DNA of 24,673 bases, taken from positions 1 through 24,673 of IMG/VR virus record IMGVR_UViG_3300027863_000173; one strand, 5' to 3'. Under the pieces are notes generated by a model. The model did not search any database. It was given only the letters and a program-made list of their open reading frames with translations, and was not told where the DNA came from. Position numbers and translations under genes: made by a program. The stretch's first letter is position 1, and every line of letters starts with the position of its first letter. The DNA is from a virus (lineage: Duplodnaviria; Caudoviricetes). Positions 1 through 6,594 of the stretch are shown in pieces.

Positions 1-132
1 CTAACACCGTGTATAAAACATGGTGGGTTTTCTGCGTTATTTAAAGTTTCATTCATTCTATTAAGTTATTTATAGTTTGATAGTTATGTGGTTTCTATCC
101 CACCACGTTTCATACACAACACGTTATATGCT
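1..132 (+). repeat. attC-like imperfect inverted repeat A (left end cut by window edge)
   Basis: Left arm CTAAC-ACC-GTGTAT-AAAACA-TGGTGGG (1-27) pairs with right arm CCCACCA-CGTTTC-ATACAC-AACAC-GTTAT (99-127). TAAC...GTTA ends as in the R''/R' boxes of attC sites. Confidence 0.8.
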
Positions 133-412
133 ACTTTAAAGACCGCCATAAACCAACATTTTCGATAATTGTTTTGTCTGTCGTATCTATCCAGTTCGTG
201 CCATTCCAATAACCAATACAGTATTGATATTTTGTAAATGGAGTTCGAACTAACACTGCCTTATTAGTTTCTGGAAGTTCATCGTTAGCAGAAATAAAAT
301 TAATCCTATCCAATAACTGCCTTTCCAGCCAGTTTTCATAAGTTTCAATTTCTCCGGTTCCATCGTCTGTAGATGTTCCGTTGTACATGTTTATTAAAGA
401 TTCTCTGTCCAT
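131..412 (-). CDS. phage hypothetical protein with DUF551-like C-terminus (cassette 1 cargo)
   Basis: Start moved to ATG 412 (MDRESL), 1 nt after the upstream stop at 414. C-terminus ISANDELPETNKAVLV...GYWNGTNW...NVGLWRSL follows the DUF551-type pattern. Confidence 0.65.
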   Translation of the reverse strand: MDRESLINMYNGTSTDDGTGEIETYENWLERQLLDRINFISANDELPETNKAVLVRTPFTKYQYCIGYWNGTNWIDTTDKTIIENVGLWRSLK

Positions 413-413
413 A

Positions 414-704
414 TTAATTTTGTTTTTCGTTAAAAATAAATTCGGGTACAAATACACGGTAATCGTGAAAGTTTGTAAAAAAGTCTATTTTAGTCCAAAC
501 AGTCCAGTTAATTACTTCGTTAAGCTCATTGCATCGCCTTGTTATTACTTCATATTCGGTAGTGTCGACAATTTGGTATAATTCTAAATCATTCCGAGCG
601 GAAGTATAATAATCGCCTGGCTTTATTTTCCATTCTAAATGGCTATAATACTTAAGAGATAAGGCTAATAGTTTTTGCTCAGGTGTTAGTGATATTCTTT
701 CCAT
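414..704 (-). CDS. phage hypothetical protein (cassette 1 cargo)
   Basis: 96-aa ORF (MERISLTPEQKL) in a tightly packed co-directional run. Confidence 0.7.
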   Translation of the reverse strand: MERISLTPEQKLLALSLKYYSHLEWKIKPGDYYTSARNDLELYQIVDTTEYEVITRRCNELNEVINWTVWTKIDFFTNFHDYRVFVPEFIFNEKQN

Positions 705-966
705 GTTCAATACTTTTAAATTTCGATCCTTTTACACAGTTATTTATACAATACATTCCAGATTCGGTTCCTTGCCTATTGTATAAGCATTCTTGGCATT
801 TATCTACAACCTCCTTATATTCACCTAATACAGTATCTATTTTACCGTAAAGTTGAATTACTATTCCAATTGTAGGCAAAAAGAAAATGTAAATACGTCT
901 TTTCTTTTGATCGTAGAATACGCCTACCCATATGTCGTACCAAGCAAATATTAATTTTATCTTCAT
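679..966 (-). CDS. phage hypothetical protein, Cys-rich C-terminus (cassette 1 cargo)
   Basis: MKIKLIFAWYDIWVGVFYD...IYIFFLP N-terminus, a pattern I recognise from small phage proteins; CQEC...CINNC at the C-terminus. Start 966 lies 4 nt after the upstream stop. Confidence 0.7.
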   Translation of the reverse strand: MKIKLIFAWYDIWVGVFYDQKKRRIYIFFLPTIGIVIQLYGKIDTVLGEYKEVVDKCQECLYNRQGTESGMYCINNCVKGSKFKSIEHGKNITNT

Positions 967-970
967 AGCT

Positions 971-1108
971 TTACAGTTTACCAAATCCAATTACTTCTTT
1001 ATGTCCACAATTAGGGCAATATCCAACTGTTGCACCTAATTCTTCATCATAATACACATCCATGTAGTATAATTTCTTTCCACTTACTGAACATTTATAA
1101 CATTCCAT
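971..1108 (-). CDS. small zinc-ribbon protein (cassette 1 cargo)
   Basis: 45 aa, MECYKC...YCPNCGH, two CxxC pairs. Start set to ATG 1108 because the longer ORF-track version runs into repeat B. Confidence 0.6.
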   Translation of the reverse strand: MECYKCSVSGKKLYYMDVYYDEELGATVGYCPNCGHKEVIGFGKL

Positions 1109-1140
1109 ATATTTAGTTTTAATTATTTGGCTTAATAAAA

Positions 1141-1245
1141 GCAGCATATAACACCGTATATAAAACATGGCTTGATGAGTTCGTGCCAACTTGAAACATT
1201 CGAGCAAAGCCACGTTTCATATACGAAACGTTAGCGGTAATTGCC
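1141..1245 (+). repeat. attC-like imperfect inverted repeat B
   Basis: GCATATAAC-AC-CGTATAT-AAAACA-TGGCTT ... AAGCCA-CGTTTC-ATATACG-AAAC-GTTAGCGGT. Arms closely resemble repeat A, with compensatory GTGTAT/ATACAC vs GTATAT/ATATAC. Confidence 0.85.
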
Positions 1246-1536
1246 TGAAATCCAATCGTAGCAATCCATCCACCCGCTATAATATGCATCACTATCATTG
1301 TTCCTACAAACAAGTCTAAAGTTAAACCCATCAACCGTTGCCCTCTTAAACCCCTCGCTCACAGCTTCATCTTTTGACGGCAACATACCGCTAACATCGT
1401 GTATATTGCATTTTTTTACTTCATCCAGTGCTTCGTATATAAGGCTGAGAACACTCGAATCTTTATAACCTAATCTTTTATATAATCCGTTAAGTTCTGT
1501 AGCGGCCATTTCTAAAGCTTTTTGTACTTGTTCCAT
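1231..1536 (-). CDS. phage hypothetical protein overlapping repeat C (cassette 2 cargo)
   Basis: 101-aa ORF with ATG 1536. Reads through the left arm of repeat C (CNIHDVSGML); its stop TAA is the TTA of the repeat B GTTA core. Confidence 0.7.
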   Translation of the reverse strand: MEQVQKALEMAATELNGLYKRLGYKDSSVLSLIYEALDEVKKCNIHDVSGMLPSKDEAVSEGFKRATVDGFNFRLVCRNNDSDAYYSGWMDCYDWISGNYR

Positions 1537-1603
1537 ATTAAAGGTTTTGTGTTAATAATCCGTAAAAAACCGACAACATACACTTCTCGTTATGGGCAAC
1601 CGT
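1379..1603 (+). repeat. attC-like imperfect inverted repeat C with long central region
   Basis: TACCGCTAAC-ATC-GTGTAT-A-TTG (1386-1408) pairs with CAA-C-ATACAC-TTCTC-GTTATGGGC (1574-1597). Same arm geometry as A and B but about 165 nt between arms. Confidence 0.75.
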
Positions 1604-1643
1604 AAGACCGCTCCGAAGAAACAGTCTTACGAACCCAAAAACT

Positions 1644-1955
1644 TTAGTCGCACATGAAATAATTCCAGTTACCTGGTTCATTTCCTTGTGGTGCAGATGT
1701 AACCCAAAATTGGTCGCAGCCATCTAAAAAAACCTGACCATTTACGCAGGTATCGCTCCAAATACCTACAATAACCATCGGTAAAATTTGCCCTTCTCTG
1801 GCTTCATTGCCTATGTGCGCCTGTGCGCCAGTTGGCCAAATTTTTTCTTTAATTCTCTCTGCAATTGATTGAGAGTTAGTTCTACGTCTGTTAATCTGAG
1901 CGGCATTTTCTGCGCTCAATTTGTAATTAACAATTAAATTGTTTGATATTGGCAT
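1644..1955 (-). CDS. conserved phage hypothetical protein (cassette 3 cargo)
   Basis: 103 aa; VNYKLSAENAAQINRRR...PMVIVGIW...VNGQVFLDG...WVTS...PGNW resembles a family of small phage proteins of unknown function. Confidence 0.75.
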   Translation of the reverse strand: MPISNNLIVNYKLSAENAAQINRRRTNSQSIAERIKEKIWPTGAQAHIGNEAREGQILPMVIVGIWSDTCVNGQVFLDGCDQFWVTSAPQGNEPGNWNYFMCD

Positions 1956-2001
1956 AATATTTATGGATTTTACAAAGCCCGTCCAAGGCTATATTTTAAA
2001 A

Positions 2002-2150
2002 ACGGCAGCCCATAACAACGGCTCATACCCAATTGGGGTTTAAGTGGTTGTTTAATGTGCGTAGCCCGTTCGTTCATTCGTGCATTTTGATAATGTTGTT
2101 CTTCGCAGTCCCCAACTGGGCATAGCCGCAGCCGTTAGTAGCAAGCAGTA
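2002..2150 (+). repeat. attC-like imperfect inverted repeat D
   Basis: GCCCATAAC-AA-CGGCT-C-AT-A-CCCA-A-TTGGGG ... CCCCAA-C-TGGG-C-AT-AGCCG-CAGCC-GTTAGTAGC. Arm sequence differs from A-C but the architecture is the same, with one unpaired base. Confidence 0.8.
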
Positions 2151-2494
2151 CTGCATCGCTTCGAATAGACAAAATCTACCTGTTCTTTAAAACTTGGTAT
2201 AACAAAATCTTTACTTTCATAAAGTTCGTTATCCAGCTTAATCCAAATTTGCCTAAATTCTTCGGTAATATATTCGTAAAAGTCCTCACCTGTTACACCT
2301 TCATCTCCTTCCATATTAAGTTCACTAACAAGTTCAGCGCATTTCAAATGGTTTTTCCAAACGTAAATATTATCGTACTTTAATGTTTGCGTGTGATATA
2401 TTTCTCCCACAGGGATGGTGCAACCACACCAATTACAAACATGAGCTTTTCGTGCCTTTACTTTTTTTGTATCGTTAATTATTTCAATTCCCAT
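2135..2494 (-). CDS. phage hypothetical protein, putative Zn-binding (cassette 4 cargo)
   Basis: KARKAHVCNWCGCTIPVGEIY...HLKC pattern; stop TAA is the TTA of the repeat D GTTA core. Confidence 0.75.
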   Translation of the reverse strand: MGIEIINDTKKVKARKAHVCNWCGCTIPVGEIYHTQTLKYDNIYVWKNHLKCAELVSELNMEGDEGVTGEDFYEYITEEFRQIWIKLDNELYESKDFVIPSFKEQVDFVYSKRCSTACY

Positions 2495-2536
2495 TACTAA
2501 AATATTTAATGATTAATTATTCAATTAAGTTACTGC

Positions 2537-2866
2537 CTAATTTACCGTGCCAGCAGCCCAGAAAGTAAGCATTTCCGTTTCTGGCAAAAGCGGATCAGTT
2601 GTGAAACTAAAGAACAAACCATGTTTCTGAAGTTCCCCAAGGTTTTTATCCAATTCCTTCGAAAATATCTCAAATGCATCCGTTTCGTTTTTGAAGCATT
2701 TCTTCAGCTGTGGTTTATCCTGCCCCATAACCGGTGCAAAGATTCCCTTCTTGCAATAACAGTATTCACAACCGTTGCTGCAACCAACATAAAAGTTGCA
2801 GGCCCAATAACTGTATTCGCCAGCTTTGCCGGAGGGATTATAAATTACTTTCCCGTGGTAACTCAT
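2537..2866 (-). pseudogene. radical SAM protein, apparently C-terminally truncated
   Basis: GCSNGCEYCYC (CxxxCxxC) and FSFTTDP motifs, but only 109 aa, too short for a radical SAM barrel. Ends at the edge of the cassette array. Confidence 0.65.
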
Positions 2867-3063
2867 ATCGTATTTTTAAATTTATTATTACTATTGATAC
2901 TTTTTCTCCTATCTGAAAAATGACCAACACTGTCAATTACAGACTTTTTACTTTCAGGTCTCTTCCGTAACCTACATTTAGGACAAACAAGCCAAATTGA
3001 TACTTGTCCAAGTTTTTTGGATTCACTTATTAATGGTTCTATACAATTTGGGCAGTATTCCAT
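2863..3063 (-). CDS. small zinc-finger protein
   Basis: YCPNC...VCPKC; ATGA overlap with the next gene at 2863-2866. Confidence 0.65.
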   Translation of the reverse strand: MEYCPNCIEPLISESKKLGQVSIWLVCPKCRLRKRPESKKSVIDSVGHFSDRRKSINSNNKFKNTI

Positions 3064-3095
3064 GTATTAATTTTCTCGTAATATTAGCACAATAT

Positions 3096-3434
3096 TTACA
3101 ATTCACAAAGAGAAAAACCATATTTTTTTTGAATCTCAATCATTTGATTTCTAAACTTTTTATCAGTTTCAATCAAATTTTTTACCGTTTTAACGGCATG
3201 TAAAACAGTTCCGTGATCTTTTCCTCCAATAATATTTCCAATACTTTCAAGGCTTTTACCTGTTTGTCCTTTTGCAAAAAACATCGCAATTTGCCGAACT
3301 TGTACAATTTCACGTTTACGGGTTTCAGAGTTCATTAGTTCTAAAGATATATTGTAAAATTGCGATATATTTTTTTGAATGGTTATAATAGGATTTTCGC
3401 GCTCCAAAATCCCTGGGGCTATCATGTAGTTCAT
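3096..3434 (-). CDS. stand-alone DnaA C-terminal (domain IV) DNA-binding protein
   Basis: RKREIVQVRQIAMFFAK...SLESIGNIIGGKDHGTVLHAVKTV matches the Bac_DnaA_C signature; no AAA+ domain. Confidence 0.85.
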   Translation of the reverse strand: MNYMIAPGILERENPIITIQKNISQFYNISLELMNSETRKREIVQVRQIAMFFAKGQTGKSLESIGNIIGGKDHGTVLHAVKTVKNLIETDKKFRNQMIEIQKKYGFSLCEL

Positions 3435-3446
3435 TTTTTGTAAAGT

Positions 3447-3995
3447 TTAATGGTTCCACATTTTAAATCTTACAATATTCCCAATTTGAGCATCAGAAAT
3501 ATTATATTCTTTTGATAATTTTAACTTTGTATAATTCCCTGTTTTAAATTTATCTCTTATTTCATTAACTATTTTATTAGTTAATTTACATTTAGGATTT
3601 TTTTCACCTTTTAATCCAATTCTAAGCCCAGTTCTAAAAGCATGTTTCATATTTTCAGAATGCGTACTCCATTCTAAAACACACGCTCTATTATCCGATT
3701 TGTCTCCAAATAAATGATTAACTTCAGGTAGATTTAATGGATTAGGAATAAAATGAAGCGCAACTTGCCTATTTATTCTTAAATGTTTTTTTAAACAATC
3801 TATTTGCAAAATAACAAATAAATAATCACTAGAATCAATTAAAGGCTTTAATATTGTTTCAGGTTTTATGTATCCTTTATTTTTACCATTTTTTCGGTAT
3901 CTTTCTAAACTTTTAACCCTTCCCAAATTACTAACTTGATACAATCCCTCATATCCTTTAATATCTTTCCAAATTTCCTCTTCAATAATTTCCAT
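3447..3995 (-). CDS. NUMOD4/HNH homing endonuclease
   Basis: EIWKDIKGYEGLYQVSNLGRVKS (NUMOD4); FIPNPLNLPEVNH...DNRACVLEWSTHSENMKHA (HNH); C-terminal HTH. Confidence 0.9.
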   Translation of the reverse strand: MEIIEEEIWKDIKGYEGLYQVSNLGRVKSLERYRKNGKNKGYIKPETILKPLIDSSDYLFVILQIDCLKKHLRINRQVALHFIPNPLNLPEVNHLFGDKSDNRACVLEWSTHSENMKHAFRTGLRIGLKGEKNPKCKLTNKIVNEIRDKFKTGNYTKLKLSKEYNISDAQIGNIVRFKMWNH

Positions 3996-4096
3996 GATTC
4001 CAGATTTAAAATGATACCAGAAGAAAAGAATAGGGAAAGGCTCTGGTTACCCTTATCATCCGGTTAATTAGGCCGAACTATCCCATTGCAAAGATA
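3996..4096 (-). promoter_or_regulatory. promoter plus structured 5' leader, copy 1
   Basis: TATCTTTG (-7 element-like, 4096-4089) followed by a leader of about 90 nt that is highly similar to 6118-6217. Confidence 0.65.
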
Positions 4097-4097
4097 A

Positions 4098-5622
4098 TTA
4101 TTTTTTATAAATTTTTATTTGATGTTCAAACCACGAATGGTGAAAACCATGTTTTTTAGCATAGTCTTTGAGCCCTTTTTCACCCCAATTAAGATAAACT
4201 TGTCGATGTACAAATCCTTTTTTATAACCTCGTTGTTTCGCATATTCATCCAATTCTTCAAAAGTCATCTTTGAAAAGTTCAATTTCTGAGGGATATGCT
4301 GAGCATAGTTTATCTCTACCAATTCAGTTATTTTTTCTTCCTTCGTTTTTTCGAAAATAAATCCACAATATTTACAAAACCTTGCCGAAGCAATTACCAA
4401 AGCCTGACATTTTGGGCATGTTTTAACGCTTGCGATGCCTTCATTTTTCGAAATGGCATGGGTAAGGGACCATTCGCGTTGCTGTCGGTAATGCCCAAGC
4501 CTGTCAGCATTACAACCAAAATCCAAAATGTAAAAAAACTTCTTATCAGTTTCGGGAGATGGCCGGGAGCCGCGGCCCAAAATCTGAAGCCATTTATTTA
4601 CGGATGTCGTCGAAAGATTAACGATAACCGTTTCAATTGGTTTATGATCAAATCCCTCCACAAATATGCCGGCATTTATAAGGACATCAAACTCTCTGTT
4701 TTTCCACTGTCGAATAATTTCTTCCCGTGGGCCTGAATATAAATCATAAGCAGCATTGTAATTCTCAAATTCTTTAAGCTTTCGTTCATAAAGAATTTTG
4801 CCCGAAATCCCTTCGCCTTGAATTGGCTTTGCAACATCAGAAGTCACGAATTTAGCCTTTATTCCAGCTTCATTAAATGCTTTGGCAGTCTCAATACAAT
4901 GTTGAATATTAACACAAAAACAAATTGTAATTGTATTCGGGCAAATTCGCTTCCAATTGTCAATTACACCGGAATAAAGTTCAGTCTTATTGTATTTTGA
5001 AAAAAGTTGATTCGAGTCAAATTCTCCATCATTACCAATTCCAACATCTGATATATCAACCTGGACGCCAAAATAACGATCAGGCATCAATCTTCCCATG
5101 TTAACGAGATCTTGGGTATCGGGTCCGCAAACCATCCGATCATATTCCGATGATAACTGAGGCATTTTACCGGATCGTTTCGGGCTGGCCGTAACACCAA
5201 GTTTGAAACAATCGACTTTTATCCAACTAAAATCTGACCTATGGCATTCGTCGATTATAATTAAATCCAATTTTGAAAACCAGTCTTTCCATATCTCATG
5301 CTTTAACCTATTCTTTAAAGTCATTACCATAGCCACAGAAACAGGTGCGTCTTGAGGTTTTTTTGTTTCGGGAGTGATAAGTATAGGCTTTATTCCAAAT
5401 TGTTCAAGAGTGCCTCCGGATTGGCTTAAAAGTTCAATTCTGTGAGATAAGATAAGGATGCGTTTGTTTCGTTTAGAGCTTTCGGCAGCGATAAAGGAAA
5501 AAATAACGGTTTTACTAACCGCTCCCTGTCGGAGAGCATACCAAAACTTTTTTGATATTTTCTGCGAACAGGGAGCGAACTTCATTAATTATTTTTTGCT
5601 GATAGTTGTAAAGCTTGATCAT
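4098..5622 (-). pseudogene. SF2 DEAD/DEAH-box helicase with C-terminal Zn finger, reading frame split by a 4-nt insertion
   Basis: ATG 5622 overlaps the upstream stop (ATGA) and gives MIKLYNYQQ...CSPTGSG*. The other frame continues KTVIF, IIIDECH, TASPKR, EGFD, QILGRGSR, CPKC/CKYC. Removing TAGT (5517-5514) restores PTGSGKT. Functional status unknown. Confidence 0.8.
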
Positions 5623-6116
5623 TTATACCTTTTAAAATTAACAATTCTACAAATGGAGGCTCGACTTGAATTATATTGTCGAGCCAAGTCTTTCTGTAAT
5701 TCTCCATTTTTATGCCTTTCTCTAATTTCAATAATTTGATTAGGAGTCATATTAGTATTGTAACAATCACAGCCTTTTCTAGTTTTAACTAGATTTAACA
5801 TATATGCATGCATTGCATTTTCTTTTCTAGTACTCCATTCTAAAACACACGCTCTATTGTCTAATTTATTACCAAACATATGATTTATCTCTGGTTTATT
5901 TTCAGGATTTGGAATAAAATGTATCCCAACTAATCTATGGACTGGATATTTCTTGGCTTTCCCTTTTTTACTTAAAATAGTAGATAAATATCTATTTCTC
6001 ATAAATAATTTTAAGATAGTAACTTTATTATTAAAAAAGCTTCTAATTCTACCTAAGTCACTAATTTGATACAATCCTTCATACCCAATTATATCTTTCC
6101 AAATTTCATTTTCCAT
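5619..6116 (-). CDS. NUMOD4/HNH homing endonuclease
   Basis: EIWKDIIGYEGLYQISDLGRIRS; VHRLV...FIPNPENKPEINH...DNRACVLEWSTRKENAMHA. Paralogue of 3447-3995. Confidence 0.9.
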   Translation of the reverse strand: MENEIWKDIIGYEGLYQISDLGRIRSFFNNKVTILKLFMRNRYLSTILSKKGKAKKYPVHRLVGIHFIPNPENKPEINHMFGNKLDNRACVLEWSTRKENAMHAYMLNLVKTRKGCDCYNTNMTPNQIIEIRERHKNGELQKDLARQYNSSRASICRIVNFKRYK

Positions 6117-6117
6117 T

Positions 6118-6217
6118 GATTCCAGATTTAAATGATACCAGAAGAAAAGTGAAGGGAAAGGCTCTGGTTTACCCTTGTCATTCGGTCATGACTCCGAACT
6201 ATCCCAATGCAAATATA
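6118..6217 (-). promoter_or_regulatory. promoter plus structured 5' leader, copy 2
   Basis: TATATTTG (6217-6210) followed by a leader homologous to 3996-4096. Confidence 0.65.
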
Positions 6218-6221
6218 TAAT

Positions 6222-6593
6222 TTAAAAAGGTAAATCCCCTCCCGTCTCATCATTATAAACCGGCGCAGGTGCCGAATTATCTTCCCTCTGAAAATTCTTA
6301 AAATTACCAATGATAGGAAGATTTTTAAAGTCTTCCTTTTGGGCATCAGTAGCAGCTTTATAAGTTTTTGAATCAACTTTTTGAGCTATAAAACCATCTT
6401 GCCCAAATTTATCTGGTTCATCATGCACCACAATATCAATAGGAACAGCTATACGATTATCAAGGAACTCATGAAGCTTATTTGCTTCGATAGGAATAAA
6501 TATACCACGTATCATCCCTGATTTACCTTTTTTTTCAAGGATAACACATTGTAATTTTGTCAATTCTATTTGACCTGAAAATTTTTCTTTCAT
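6222..6593 (-). CDS. putative single-stranded DNA-binding protein
   Basis: 123 aa, acidic C-terminal tail DETGGDLPF typical of SSBs; follows annealase and exonuclease genes. Confidence 0.6.
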   Translation of the reverse strand: MKEKFSGQIELTKLQCVILEKKGKSGMIRGIFIPIEANKLHEFLDNRIAVPIDIVVHDEPDKFGQDGFIAQKVDSKTYKAATDAQKEDFKNLPIIGNFKNFQREDNSAPAPVYNDETGGDLPF

Positions 6594-6594
6594 G

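Noticed and set aside
1109-1334. ORF 1119-1334 and the N-terminal extension of ORF 971-1213
   Set aside because: Both run through hairpin B, and 1119-1334 overlaps a better ORF. Probably incidental open frames, although translation cannot be excluded given the gene that overlaps hairpin C.
1601-1631. 8-bp inverted repeat CGTAAGAC/GTCTTACG next to hairpin C
   Set aside because: Real, but it has a 15-nt loop, no U-tract and no equivalent at the other sites; function unsupported.
1538-1723. 61-aa minus-strand ORF
   Set aside because: Overlaps 1644-1955 out of frame, crosses the right arm of hairpin C, and has no convincing start or motif.
1-2150. CRISPR array or simple terminators as the explanation of repeats A-D
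   Set aside because: The repeats are long imperfect hairpins of unequal length and sequence, separated by whole genes. There are no constant-length spacers, no cas genes and no U-tracts after the stems.
3096-3434. Host dnaA gene or chromosomal origin
   Set aside because: Only domain IV is present, the context is phage, and I saw no DnaA-box cluster nearby.
3996-4096. Hammerhead ribozyme or group I intron in the HNH leaders
   Set aside because: A three-way junction is present, but the CUGANGA and GAAA core is not, and there is no room for a group I core.
5515-5517. Amber (TAG) reassignment as the explanation of the helicase break
   Set aside because: TAG is immediately followed by in-frame TAA and the continuation is in another frame. 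Long genes here are not fragmented by TAG, and TAG ends several normal genes.
5515-5585. ORF-track helicase N-terminus MKFAPCSQK...
   Set aside because: Lacks the Q motif and the Walker A glycines; the alternative frame from ATG 5622 has both and overlaps the upstream stop.
6128-6376. 82-aa minus-strand ORF
   Set aside because: Out-of-frame overlap with the SSB-like gene, and it runs through the duplicated non-coding leader.
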